The notes: generated by a model not told the origin, from the letters alone. Counted from the first letter of the stretch, positions 1 to 12,800 are shown. The stretch: 64,000 nucleotides of DNA from Vicugna vicugna (GCA_013265495.1 MU062019.1:310001-374000); one strand, 5' to 3'. Translations and numbers: made by a program.

Positions 1-39
1 GGTTTTCCAGCATATGAGTAATTCCTGGCATTCTAGTTG

Positions 40-700
40 TTCCGTCGGTGAACCTGCGCCCCGGAAGGGCAGGGGGAGCAGCTCGCGGGGCTGGGAACAG
101 CGACCAGCAGCAGCACAAACGCCGCAGGGGGGCGCGGGACTCTGGCCCGGCGGGCAGACCCGGGGGCCCGGAGGCCCCAGCCCGGCGTCGGCCTCGCGGC
201 CCGGACTCACCGGCGGGTCCGCCCGCGCGCTCTTGGGTCCTCGACCTTCCCGCGGCCCGGGACCCGGCGGGCGGCAGGCGGCGAGCGCGAGGGGCGGCGA
301 GCCCGGGGCAGCGAGGGGAGGGGCGGGACCCTGGGCCGGCGGGTCGTACCGGGAAGGCGCGCCGGGCTGGGGGCGCGGGAGAGCGGCGCGGCGCACGCGG
401 TGAACGGGACGCGCGGCCCTGGGCCGGCTCCCGGGACTCTTTCTGGGAGCGCGCGGGGCGGAGGGCCCGCAAGCGCGGGGAGGGGCGGGGCGGAGGGCGC
501 GCAAGCGCTGGGGGTGGTACCGGGTTAGGGAAGCGGCGCTGGGCCGGCTCCGGGGCTTTTCCGGGGCGCGCAGACCCGGGCGCGCGCGGGGGCGGCCGTG
601 CGCCCTGCTCCCCTCAGTCCCCGCCGCACCCGCTGCGGGGGCGCGGGCACCGGGAGGCTTCCACCTTCGCCCGCAGGGCCTGGCTCAGTGCCTTCAGTAA
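40..700 (-). promoter_or_regulatory. CpG island, probable promoter / non-coding first exon of MPPE1 (- strand)
   Basis: Very GC/CpG-rich with GC boxes; a - strand GTGAGT donor at 210-205. The MPPE1 assignment rests only on known mammalian order MPPE1(-)-IMPA2(+)-CIDEA(+); no MPPE1 coding sequence is in the window. Confidence 0.45.
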
Positions 701-1179
701 ACTTGTGTGGAACCAATGAGACAGGCGACGACAGTGACTGTTTATTTGGGCTTTTCTTTTTATAGTTATTTTTAACAGCAGTAGAGCAGGGCATATTCTA
801 CTGTTCAAAAAGCGTCGCATCATTACTTCAAAAAAAAATCCTCAGAATAACCTAAGAGCAAGAATCACTGTTAAAAAAAAAAAACTGAAGCTCAGAGCAG
901 TAATTCAGTGTCTACCTACCAACCACTTCCGGTGTGTTTTTGCAACTCTGTGAGCATACTGCCACGTGACATGAGAAATCGCAGAAAAAAGCAATCGGCG
1001 AAATGCCTGGTCGATGTAAGGAAGCAGTAAGTGGTAATTACTATTATCAAGGATATTGTAATGTTTTCGAATACGCCCAGAGGAACAATTTTACCCACCC
1101 AGACTGGCACAACCGGCCTGTCTTGTGAACAGTGATATGATGCAACAGGAGGTATACGGCATCATTGCCAAACTGTTAC

Positions 1180-1705
1180 CGCCAACTGAAAAGAGGAGGG
1201 GAAAGATGAAATCTGGTTAAGCCTAGAACAAGATTAAAGAAATACGGGGACCAAACGAACGTGCTATGTTACACCAGCAGGAAGCCACCCGCAGAATCCA
1301 CTGTGTGGGGAAGTCCGTTTCTTTACTCCACAAATAAGCAACATCACAACAAAAGGCAGATCTGCTGTTGCAAAGCTGCGTCAGCCAAATGCAGCTCGTG
1401 GTCTGGGTTGGGCCACAATCAGAACAAAAAAGCTTTTTTAAAAAAACCTTCTTTTAAAAGACTGGGAAACAGACATTGAAGGGATGTTAGGTGATACTAA
1501 AGAATTATTGATAATTTTGCTATGAACATGCTATTAAGTGACTGTATTTTTTAAGACTAGAGAAACATACTAAAGTCATTATAGGTAAATTATATGATTT
1601 CTGGAATTTTCTTTAATACTCCAGAGAAAATTTAAAGTAGGGAAATAGGAGAAAAAGCAATGTCCGCAAAACGTTGCTACTGTTGACGCAGGAGGTGGGT
1701 GTACG
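1180..1705 (+). mobile_element. Old L1 (L1MC/L1MD-like) 3' UTR fragment
   Basis: AT-rich text such as gatgttaggtgatactaaagaattattgataattttg...gagaaacatactaaag...tatgatttctggaattt resembles recalled L1MC-type 3' ends; boundaries approximate. Confidence 0.5.
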
Positions 1706-1710
1706 ACCTA

Positions 1711-1890
1711 GCGGTTGGCTGATTAATGGCCCCAAAGATGTCCACACCCTCATTACCGGACCAATGGGCAGGTTCCCTTACTGGGCAAAAGGGACCTTGC
1801 AGATGTGATGGAGGTTCAGGACCTCGAGACGCAGACACTATCTCGGACTATCCCAGCGGGCCCAGTCCAATCACTTGTCCTTACAAGTCG
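1711..1890 (+). mobile_element. MaLR LTR (MLT1C/D-like) 5' fragment
   Basis: taatggccccaaagatgtccac...ggcaaaagggaccttgcagatgtgat...gggcccagtccaatcac matches the recalled MLT1 5' consensus. Confidence 0.7.
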
Positions 1891-2049
1891 GGGACCCTTC
1901 CCGACTGTATGAGAGTCAGAGGCCCAAAGAACCTCAAAAGAAAGGTGTCCCAGTCGGCTCCGGCCGCCGTCATCATACAAAACACTGCAGACCGGGTGGC
2001 TTGTAAAGGACAGCGGTTGTGCTCGTGTCGCGGGAGAGCCTCTCCCCAA

Positions 2050-2257
2050 GGCAGCTTCTCACTGTGTCCGCAGACGCACGCAGGGCAGGGGCCAGGGAGC
2101 TCTGTGGGGTCTCCTTTATAGGGACACTAATCCCATTCATGAAGGCTCCGTCTCACGACCCGAGCACCTTCCAAAGGCCCCGTCCCCAAACATCATCACA
2201 CCTGGCGTTAGGATTTAACATACACATTGGGGGAGGCACAAACACTAAGACATAGCA
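2050..2257 (-). mobile_element. MaLR LTR (MLT1A/B-like) fragment
   Basis: gggagctctgtggggtctcctttatagggacactaatcccattcatg...ccaaaggccc...ttaggatttaacatac...catagca is the reverse complement of the MLT1A-type start (tgctatg...). Confidence 0.7.
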
Positions 2258-2289
2258 GAGGGTCAGAGAGATGCAAGCTGACAAGGACT

Positions 2290-2890
2290 TGACAGTCAGT
2301 AAACGACATCGCACTGAAATTGGCCAGCAGAGTCGAGAATGGCCTGCAGAGGGAGCGCTCACGCGCTGTCACTCACCGTCATTTGCACGCACTGACCTTT
2401 ATCTCCATGCCCCACGGGAAGAAGCTACCGTCCTCCCCCAAACAGGAAATGCACTATTTTACTCTTCTTGCGGAAGAATTTCTTCTCGTTCAGTTACAGC
2501 CCAGCCAATGAGAAACATTGACGTTCAGCCAATGAGAAGCCACTACCAGCCTGCCCTCTTTCTTTCCTCCAATGAACTTTCAGTTAAGCCAGCCCCCCCC
2601 CCAACCCAGCCCTCTTCCCTATAAACGTAGGCTCCGCGGCGGTGTTTTCTGCGTTTGCCTGTGGGTTGCCTGTTCTGTTGTGTGTCTTTCTTGTTTCTCC
2701 CAGTGCCTCGTGCAGTGTCGTGACACTGGTAACATCGCTCGGAATCAGCCCTGGTGGGAGTATGCCTATCTGCTTCTCTAGGTTTTCACTTTTTTCCCCC
2801 AGGAATCCCCTGTATGCACATGTAATAAACCTTTCTCCTGTTATCTGTCTTTCATGGCTTTAATTCACAGGCCCCAAGGATTAACCTCAG
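2290..2890 (+). mobile_element. ERV1-class LTR (MER4-group/MER34-39-like), 5' LTR of a decayed provirus
   Basis: CCAAT at 2505, 2529 and 2569, TATAAA at 2620-2625, AATAAA at 2824-2829 followed by cctttctcctgttatctgtcttt, then a PBS-like motif. Left boundary uncertain. Confidence 0.65.
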
Positions 2891-2897
2891 AGAGTTT

Positions 2898-2915
2898 TGG
2901 CAATCACAAAAGGGC
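2898..2915 (+). other. Degenerate retroviral primer-binding site, tRNA-Arg-like
   Basis: TGGCAATCACAAAAGGGC matches TGGCGACCACGAAGGGAC (complement of a tRNA-Arg 3' end) at 13/18 positions and lies directly after the LTR. Confidence 0.45.
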
Positions 2916-3980
2916 TGCAGGGACACCCCAATCATTTTGGAAGTTGTAGCTGAGAACTCAGGGCATCTGACAAACCTGGTAGTAAGTACAAGTTCTTCCA
3001 AGTCAGCCTCTCAGATTTCTGCTTGGGGTCCAGTGGGATGAGGGCAGTAAGCCTCTCTTACTTGCCTGCATTTAGATTAGTGGAGGAGTGAGTTCAGGGG
3101 TATCACCCGTGGGTGGCTTTGGTTTTGATGACTCATTGGTAATTGACCCTCTGCTTATTGGTTATTGATCCTTTGCTTTCCTGTGTGTCTTGTTTGGGGC
3201 CTGAAAACTTGGCTTCACTTTCTGCCTGCTGGGGGGCCCAGGGAGCCAGGGCTGTATCTGCAGGCAGCCAGCCAGCTTGCTGAGGGGCCCCAGCAGTTTG
3301 TAGTCAGTGGACAGAAATGTGGGTTGCACCCGTTGCAAATGACATGCTACTGACAGCGGCCCACTCTCAGGGACCTCGTCTCAGTCCTGCTTTTTCTCTT
3401 GGCTGTCTTTGGGAGTGACTCTGGATCATGTGGGCTGCATCTCTTGTACCCTCTCTGGAGATGCCTCTTGCATCCCTGGTTAAGCCCACTGATCGTGGTT
3501 TCAGGTCATGTTGAAAGAGGAGGGAAAAAAAGGTGGGCGAGTCAATACCTTCAGGGAAATTTACTGCTGGTCCCAGACAAACCTGATAAGGAGATGCTTG
3601 GCAGGATTTTTAAAAAGAGCTGTCTGGTCAGAAGTTGGCACAATCGGAGGCCAATGTTTAGGCCCTGATAGGAGCTTTTTGTAAGGCCTTCTCACCTATT
3701 GTTACGGAAACGACAGGCCAGTCAAGAAACAAGCACCACTCGGAGGGTTGGAGCACTCAGATGTATTACGCCGGCGGGCTCAGAGGGGCTTCTGCTCCGA
3801 AGCTCTGAGCACCTTCAAGATGTGCACATGAGGTTTGGTTTAGCAAACCAACATTCCAAAGCCAGATATGTATCTTTGAAAATCCAGCTGGCTAGCAAAA
3901 ACACATAAACAGCAAACCAACACTAATTAACCTAGATTTACAAGTTAGTCTAACAGAACTCAGATCAGTATTCCAATACT

Positions 3981-4080
3981 TAGATTTGTGAGTTATCTTG
4001 TTAGACCAGCCCAGCCTCTCCTTCACATTCCTAGACTTGTGAGTTATCTTGTTAGACCAGCCCAGCTTTTCCTTCACACT
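3981..4080. repeat. 51-bp tandem duplication (about 2 copies)
   Basis: taga(t/c)ttgtgagttatcttgttagaccagcccagc...ccttcaca starts at 3981 and 4032. Confidence 0.9.
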
Positions 4081-5352
4081 ATGAATAATGGGCTAAAATG
4101 GAACTAAGTGCCCAGAAGGACAGAAACATCCTCAAGCCTTTGTGGAAAGACTTATAAAATCATTCCAAAGGCACACAGCTCTAAATCCAGAATTTAGGAC
4201 TCTTTTCCATCTTAGTTGGAAATCTTCCTGGTGTAAAGAAGCCAAGTCAAGAGACTCTAGCTGAATACGTGGGTCAGCCCCTTGGTGTTACCCTTGAGGT
4301 GGCCCGATTCCTTGAGGAATTAAAAGCAACAGAACCTGTCTTACTAATTGAGTCTTTACCAAAACAGAAAATGAGGCTCTAGAAGTAATTTAAAGTCCAT
4401 CCTTCCATCTTACCAGTTCTCAAATCTCCTGTGTTCATCTCAAGTCACTTGCAGATATTGCAGAGGGTCAGGACATTGGAAATGGAATTGTCGTGCACAT
4501 AAAAAAAAGAAGGGGGAAACTAAGTTAGTAATTACCCTAAACCTCTGCTAACAGGAACTGTCCTCTCAGGAACGTGAGAGCCATCTCTTTGACGTGCAGA
4601 CTTCCGAGCACATAAGTAACTCTTGGCTCCCAGGTGGAAGGACATCTGACTCTAACTTCTTGAAAATAAACTGGATATTTTATTAATTCATATGAGCGTT
4701 TAAAATACCCAGACAGCCAGTTGATATTTCCATAAAGTCTCTCACCCCAAATTTAGTCCACAGCGTCCATAAGATTACATATCAGAGCAAGTGAAAATCT
4801 TAAAAGTCTCCTCCACAAATATTGGTAGAAAATTTAGCCCTCACCGGGCAGGTGAACTAAACCCATCCCATCTGCACAGAAACACAGTGTATCCAGCTGT
4901 TTTACATAAACTAGTGAGTTTTGAATGACTATGTTTTCCTGACTCATGGCTAAAATTTTAGGATGAGAACCGTAAGTCTTCTGTTTGTGTCTGTATCTGT
5001 CTGTGTACATTTCACACGTAAATGTATTTTCAACCTCCCCATAGTATTGCCAACATTAATTCATAAAGCCCCATAAAAGAGATCTATTTTAATTAGCTTA
5101 GAAACACCAGCACTTATACAAATGAGGTATTCCTAAAAACTCAAAAAAACACGAACTCATCCAAAGTAGTTTTTCAGTTCACGGGATCTGGATCATCTTT
5201 GGTAAATGAGGCTCATTTAACATTGTCAGCTTGATAAAGACGGGATGGCTTCAGAACCGTCAGCATTTAGTATAATACAGACAGACAGGTTTTACTCTCC
5301 CTGGGTTTACTAGTCAGGTAGGCTAGTCTTATATCTACCAGCTGTTTAATAT

Positions 5353-5702
5353 TGTTGAGTTAATTGACAGGAGGTCATCAGACTGAAGCGGCTCCAAGGC
5401 CCTTGGCCCCTGACCAAGGTGGAGGAAATGCAAGCCTGGAAAAGCCTCAGGGCTACGAAACTGAAGACTGAGGACAACCAGTCAAAACAGGCGTTAGGCT
5501 TCAGCCAGTCAGTAATGTCCTCACTTTGCCTTCCTCCCCAGCCTCCCCCCACACACGCCCACAGCCCAGCCCTTCACCCCCCAACCCCCTCATCCCCGCT
5601 TCCTGTGGAGGTGGTGAGCTCTTGTAACCACTTCTGACCCATTCAGATAGACTTTTCTCAAATAAACTCATAAATTTTGTGATATGCCCCAGTTATCTTT
5701 CA
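5353..5702 (+). mobile_element. Second, different ERV1-type LTR (solo-like) within the internal region
   Basis: TG...CA termini (tgttgagtt...tatctttca), 350 bp, C-rich core, AATAAA at 5661-5666. No clean TSD. Confidence 0.55.
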
Positions 5703-8700
5703 AAAAATAAAATTATAATTCATCCTAGGAACAAAATGTAGAATAAAATGAATTGTTTGGTGCATGCCAACCCCAGCAATAAAAAAAGAGAGTCATACAC
5801 TTAGCTTTTTGTTTCTTCACTTCTATGATTTTTTTTTATATTTGCCAGACATGCATATGTTACAAAATTTGTCAACAAGTAACAAAAAGTAACTGAAGAT
5901 GATAGCTAGCTTTTTAACGTCTCACAAATTTTTCATGAGCAATCCCAACATAATTGTTCGTAACATGTGCACTAAATAGACGTAAGTGGGATAAAAGTTT
6001 CTAAAGAAATTTTCAATGATAATTGGGTTTTATAATCTGCCTGCTTAAAAATAGTTTTCAAAACCTTTATGGGACCTTAAAACCTTAAAGTTATACTAGG
6101 TTAAATGATAGACATTTGTTGACTATCTAGATCGTTCCTAAATAAGATAAAATATTGGAATATTAACTACTAAACCTGAAAGTTTAACTTACCTACTTTT
6201 GATTTCTTATTTTTAGAAAGAATCGAAAGATACTTGGGTCTGTTACTACATGCTATTTTGTCCCATTGAAAATTAGTACTCTACAGAAACATGCCTCTAA
6301 ACATTGTGACACGGTGTGTGTTGAGCTGGTTTCAGTCTATCGGTAGTGACGTTGCTGGCTAGGAATCCAGGGGGCGCTCACCTGGGCCCATCCTGCCTGC
6401 GGCAGCCCCCATGGACATCTCCCTGACCAGGGTCAGCGTCGCCGCTGGACAGCAATGTTGTGGAGGGAAGGGGGGTTCTTAATTATAATTGCAGGACGCA
6501 CCTCAGCAACAACCATCAGGGAACTTTGAAAAATCAACTTTTTTTTTTTTAAAGAAGTAGTAAAGGTGCCCAGGTTGTGAACTAACCAGACTCGGGCCAA
6601 TTAGCTCACGAAGGGATGGAAGGACTATTCCCAATGTCCCCAGCAGGTGGCGCGAGCTGCCCTCTGCTGAGATGAGACTTCTCCCCCGGGCACCGTTCAG
6701 TATCAACGAAGGCTTCCCCTTCATCTGATGGTGGAAACAGGAGACGGGAACCAGGGAAGGGGTGGGGGCAGGAGAGAAGCTGCTCAGGAGGGCTGCAGGA
6801 GCCCCGAAGGACGGAAGACAAAGGCTGCAGGCCTTTAAACTTACTTCTCACGTTACACTGTTTTAAACTGTGCTTTGACCTCGCCAATAATATTGTTCCA
6901 TTGACATCATTTTGGGCTCTGAAAGAGTTAAGAATTCTTCCAAGACAGAGTTTTAAATTCGGTCCTGAAGGACAACAAAGTACCAGGAATCAGGACGTCT
7001 GAAGTCGTTTTTGTTAGGTGGCAGGATGACTGCCGAAGGGCTCATCACGGAGAAAACCTTCCCCCAACACCCCAAGGACACCTCAGGAAAGGGGCGGTTG
7101 CTGGGGGGCGCCGGGATCTGCGGTTCTGCTGCCGCGCCGGTCACTTGCGAGCACCCCGAGCCTCCTGCTCACGGTCTGGGCTCGAGGCTACGCGGTTTTA
7201 CTGCACGACCAACAGCAGCGTGGAAAGCATTTATGTCTCTGGGCAGGAGATAACCCTCCTGGGGAAGGCAGGGGACATGATATGTTATCATTGGAATCAT
7301 CTTCAAAATCTGGGGCAGAAAGTAGAAGTCTGTGAGTCAAGTTCCTGCACATCTGTCCTCACAAGTTTCCCAAGAAATGGGACTTGGGAGTGTTCAGGTC
7401 TATGACTAATTTCCAGTGAATAACTGACCTGCCCCCACCCCCACCCCAGAAAGATGGTCGCCACAGAAACTTCCAAATAACAAAGTTTTTATGTCACCCA
7501 AGTTGGGGACAATTTGTTATGCAGAAATGGATACCTTCTAAGATGCCCCCACACAGATACCACGATAGCCAACTTAGAAGTCTGACATTTCAAGATCTGC
7601 TGTCGCTGTGGAGACGGGAAAGAGGCCGACGCAGAGGAGTTAGCCCTGAATCACCCTCTGGTCAGGATCCTGCCAGGAGAGAAGCCACACCAGTCACTCC
7701 AACGGATAGACTGTGATACAAAGAATCATTCACTAGGAAAGATGTTCACTGGACGACCAGATGTCAGCAAGAGCTGCTCCTTGGAACAAAAGAAAAAAGT
7801 TGGAGGAGGGTCTGGGACGAGTGTCTTGGGTGCTCTGAGGCTGCTTCTGAGAGTGTTGGGGAAAATCACTAACTAGACTCAACTGGATTGCTGCTGGAGG
7901 GCACTGCGAGTGTGAGGGGTGCGGGGTACTGTAAGTCGCCCTGCCTGTGCCAGCCAGGCTATTTTAAAATTCTCTCCTCTTGAGAGCCTCAAACTAAGTG
8001 TTGGGGGGGCGGTCGGCCACCTCAGCCCAGCTCCTGCCTGCCCCAGACCCGGGAGGAGAGGACCACCCCCAGACCACAAAGGGGCCGCTCCCACCAAGCC
8101 CAGTTCACTTCCTCCAGGCCTGGCCTGGCCACCTTCCTCCCGCAATCTCCCAATCTCCTGGGAGAGGCGGCCCCTCCCCAGGACTGAGTGGCCCGTGGCC
8201 TCGCTCAGGGCCGGGGTCTGCCTGGAGGCTTCCCCATTATGGGCCGAGGGCTCACAAGACTTGCCTATGGGATTCCCGGCGTCTGTCCCCCCTCCCCAGT
8301 TGGTCACCCACCCAGGGCCCTGGGGTCAGCTGCCGGCTTGGACCACAGCCCTGGGTAGCCCAGGCCAGCCGCCACCCGGACGGGCCCACGAGCAGCTTCC
8401 AGGCACCCCCCAGGCACAGATCTCACCAATGGCACAAAGTCGGACTTAAAACCAGTTGGTGAAGAAACTACCAACAATGCGTTTTCTCCAGGAAGGAGAG
8501 CGCGGGGGAGGAGTTGTGGGGGAGGGGCCACGGGGAGGGGAACAGGGGACATGGGGCAGGGGCAGGCTTATCACACACACGCCAGTTCTGCCTTTAGGAT
8601 TTCACGTCACATGCAAAATTGTTCAAATTTTAAAAATAAAATCTTGCTTTTTCATCTGGGACCGGCTGCAGGAGCATGTTCAGTTGGTGGGAATTCAGTG

Positions 8701-9721
8701 AGTTCTCCGTCGGGTTACGTGTACTTTTCTGACTGTACTTCATATAAAGTTCTCAGAAACTAAGCCTTGGGGAGGAACAGAGTGCAGCTCTCGCGGTCCC
8801 AGGGACATGTGCGCTTGGGAAGCCACCCAGGTGTGCTTGGAGGGGCTGACCAGCTCAGGTGGCCTCGGCCCTCCTGTAAGCTGTCCCATCTCTTGGGCTT
8901 GGAGCACCCCCAACCCGTCCATTCTGAGCACATTCCTGCTTTCTCACCCTCCAGCAAAGGTGGGCTCGATAGCATTTCTATTTCAACGGAAAATCATTCG
9001 TAGCCATTCGATGCTCCGTGTGTCCCAGGTCCCTGCCCTCCGTCGCAGGTGTTCTCCCTGTTGGGATTCCGGCTACAGCACTCCGGTCAGGGTTACGCGG
9101 AGGAGGGGGCCTCTTCTGCTCCCAGGGTCAGCTCAGGAATAGTCAGTGCTGACACCAGGCCCTGAGAGCAAGCCGGCGTCCTGCTGGCACTGGAATGCAA
9201 TTCCCGAGGGGCGGGGCTCCCGGGGCCGGCACAGAGCCTGGCTCGCAAGCTCCTGGAACTGATGTTTCCCAATGAGCTGAGCCCAAAGTGACCGGGAGGG
9301 CCTGGACCAGCTGTCCCCTCCACCCCCAGGGTGCAGACACTACAGCACTGACAATGCCAAGACAAAAAGCAAAGTGTCAGGCAGTACAGGGTGGGTTACT
9401 GCCACTGGTGAACAGTTGGACACTCACGCCTGATAGTCCTGAACCTCTTGTTGACTTTGATGCTAGGGCAGACTTACAGCGCAGTTACACGGTCGGTTTC
9501 CCATCTCTAACCAAACAGAGTGTGGTTGTTGGCAGATGAACCCTGAACAGTGGCCGACGAGGCACATAAGGATTTTGAAGAGCTGGCGTAAGACTGCAGC
9601 CGGCGGAGGAGTCCAGGAGGAGGCAGGGGCACCTTTGTGTAACAGAAAGGCTAGGTGGTGTGATGTGATGGAATGGTTTGGGGAAGTAACCTACAATGTG
9701 GCACATCAAAGCTGGCGAGAA

Positions 9722-9817
9722 GGGAGGGAGCTGCCCCATGGCAGAGTCCATGCTCAGCGTGCACGAGGTCCTGGGTTCCATCCCCAGCACCCCCATTAAA
9801 CAAACAAACAAATAAAA
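9722..9817 (+). mobile_element. Camelid tRNA-derived SINE (vic-1-like)
   Basis: gggaggg...ggcagagtccatgctcagcgtgcacgaggtcctgggttccatccccagcac plus A-rich tail; degenerate TSD aaagctggcgaga (9708-9720) / aaaggtggagaga (9814-9826). Confidence 0.8.
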
Positions 9818-12800
9818 GGTGGAGAGAGGATGAGGATGGGGTCTGTCAGACAAGCTAGAAGCTGGCAGCAGAAAATGAGGGAAATAGATCAAGACTGCTT
9901 TAAACAGAAAGCAGTCAGTAAAGACGGGGGTAAATTAGATAAAACTTGAACTCAGGGTATTTACTAAAATGGCATAAATCAGTGTCGCCTCCCCAGGGCG
10001 CCTCAGCTGAGGTCACTCGTAGCAGTTGATTCTGTATCTTGGGGAAAACAAAAGTCAGCCGACCACTTGCTTTGCTGTGAAAGATACGGGATATTTCAAG
10101 CACCCTGCTTAAACAAGGGGCTCCCGTGGGCTAAACCGCGACAATTTTGCATTAAAAAGAGAATAATCACTGTGTGGAAATCCACCCCTCTCTCGTGGCC
10201 TCACAACGAGCTGCGCTAAAGGCAAGCTGTGTGGAATGTTCCAATAATAGCTTCGGGAAATGGCGCGTGTGGATCACCCCTGAGTGTACGCCCGCTGCGA
10301 GTCTTGTTTGACACTAAAGTCATGGAGAGATGGTTTGCATGTACAGCAGTGATGCTGGGCTCCTGGGGACGGGCCACCAGGAGCGGGAGGTACGGGCCGG
10401 GTGGGGGTTAACTGTAATCAGAGAAAAAGAATCGGAGAAAAAAGAATGAGTTACGAGGTGGCAAGGAGTTTCTTCCTTGGGGGCTGGGGGTCCCGGCCTC
10501 GCCCGCTGGGCCTCTGCTCCAGCGCGGAGACCCCACACCTGCTCTCTGCAGGCCCGGGGCCTGGGATGCGAGGCCCTGTCCCTGGGCTGGGTGAGCACGT
10601 TTTTAACTCTGAGATGAAGAAAGCAGTCAAGCCTGCATCGTATGGGACTAGAGTACGTTGTGTTTACGTAGTCGTGGTAACAAGTGTTCCAGTCACTGTG
10701 CTGTTTTTTGTCTGCTTTGACTGCTGTTGGAATGTTTGGTGTGGTCAGGGCTCCTGATTTGCTGGTTTTGGAGTCTGATTTATCAGATGGACGAAAGCGT
10801 CCCGGGGACAGCGGGATTTTGCCCACGAGGATCATAAACGTGCCCAGTAGAAGTGTGAAAGAATTAGCTATGAGATTCGTAATTACAGCTCGAACTAAGG
10901 TCATTTAGTCAAGATTAGAAATACCGCTGTTTGAGGGAACTTAACCCGTCACATCCACACACAAGCGGACCACTGGTCACAGACGCGGGGTAGTTGACTT
11001 TCTAACATCAGGCGTTCGAGTAGATGAGCAAGATTTATACCCTGAACTCAAAGGTTGAAGAACATTTAGTTTTGAATTTTGTAACTTTAGTTCAATAAGT
11101 GTTGTTAAAAGCCACCAGCTTCTTTCCTTTTCTGAGCATACTGCCCCCTCCCCACCGAACACGGATGGACAGGCCTCTGGCCACAGATTAGGAAATGCAG
11201 GCCCTCCCTCCAGCCACGGAGAAGGCCAAAGCTCCTTCTCCCTAACAGCCGCGTGGTCGTTTCCTGATGAGGAATCTTGTGAAGTATTCATGGAACAACA
11301 GTGTTCTCCAGTGGGTGTTCTCCCCCGTAAAGGGGCATCTTGAGCGTGATCTTCAGTTCTTGGAAAAGCTCACGAGTCTTGGAAGTTCTGGGGCTTCTTA
11401 CCAACGACTTGTTTTTCTCCTCCCCTCAGGCAAGGATGAAGGGCCGCCCTCCCTGGGCCCCACCAATTCTTCCAGTCTTTGTCAAGCGAAGGCTCATGAC
11501 AGGCCCCCCGGGGACCAGCCCTTTGCCGAGGTTCCCACATTCCTGGATTCCACATATTGGCAGTGGCTCAAAAAAATTTTCTTTTGCTGACCTACATAGA
11601 TTTGTCAACCATTTACGTGGCCAAGTGAGAGGGAAAAACAAAACAAAACAAAACCTGCCACCTCCCATCAGAATCATTTTATTACAGAAACGACATTTTG
11701 ACATCAAAATGCAGAAAGGAAGTGACTTCGGCTCAGGGCACTTTTTTACAGGAAATACACTTAGCTGAGTGGAAATCTCCCCGATTTGTCCATGTTACTT
11801 TGGTGTGGGTGTGACCGTCTCTGCGGGCAGACCAGCGCCCAGCCAGGGATGACGGCCCAGCACTAGGCCGTGTGCGGCAGTCCTGCCCCATCGCACCCAC
11901 GCCGACGCTGTGCCCACACGGCCAGGCTCCGTCTCCCACTGCCCGTTGGGCACGGTGGCCCTGCTCCTCCGTCCACCTCCACCAGTCCAGCCCCGGCTGC
12001 CTGGCCTCCTTGCCTCCAAGTGGGCAGAAGTCTTGGCCTCAATCTCTCCAAAGCATCTGTGCTCCTTGACTAATGTGCTTTCAAATTAGTAGTAAGTCAG
12101 CATCACTTTTGCCTCCAGAGTTGTCACAGGGCCAATCACAAGCCCAAAGACATCACCCCTCCCTCCTGCAGGGGCCAGCAGGGAGGGGAGTGCCCGTGTC
12201 CAAAAAGAGAAGGGCCACTGTGCGCTCCTGGGAGGACACTTAGAGGGATTGCCCCGTGTCCATCGTGTTTCCCAAAGAGAATGCGAAAAAGCACTTTCCA
12301 TGTGTAAAAACACCTCCTACTCTCAGACCACACGCACTCTCCACGCGATGCCGAGGCGGGCGCCCTGCGGACACGGCTCCCTTGGCCAGCTGGCTCCAGG
12401 TCAGCGCTGCCTGGGGGAGCGTGGGGAGGAGACCGGAGGCCGGAGGAGGGAGCGGGCCGCTTGCCGGCTGTTCTTGTCCACGTCGCTCCGGCTCTTCTCC
12501 CCTCCCTGGGGTGGCAGAGGTGGCCGCACTGGCGGGCAGCTGCCTGGCCTCCAGGGCCCGCTGGGCTCCCAGCCCCACGGCGCCCCTCCCAGCTGGCGGG
12601 TGCTGCCACCCCAGCCCCGAGGGTGGGCGCGCTCCTGCCCTCACCACCTCTGCTGCCTCCGTTTTCTGCTTCTGCCTTTTCCTCTGCTTAGCCAATTTCT
12701 TATATTCGGTTCTCCCTGTTGAAACACCCGGGGCTATTTCTGTGGTCCTGACCCGACGCGACTGACATCAGGCTGGGTGTGATGATCCCAGGCTGCGGGT

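Larger units (their letters stand above)
2898..8800 (+). mobile_element. Decayed ERV1-like internal region (non-coding, fragmented)
   Basis: Follows LTR and PBS; gag-like remnant near 4150-4220 (FQRHTALNPEFRTLF), long AT-rich leader-type sequence 4600-6340, env-TM-like remnant near 8650-8760. No intact ORF; interrupted by other sequence. Confidence 0.5.

Noticed and set aside
14-823. Overlapping 129-223 aa ORFs at the left edge
   Set aside because: Gly/Arg/Ala/Pro-rich translations of a CpG island where stops are rare; no recognisable domain.
7870-8462. 142-176 aa overlapping ORFs as a possible env or new gene
   Set aside because: GC-rich low-complexity peptides; no CxxC, CX6CC, immunosuppressive or transmembrane motif visible.
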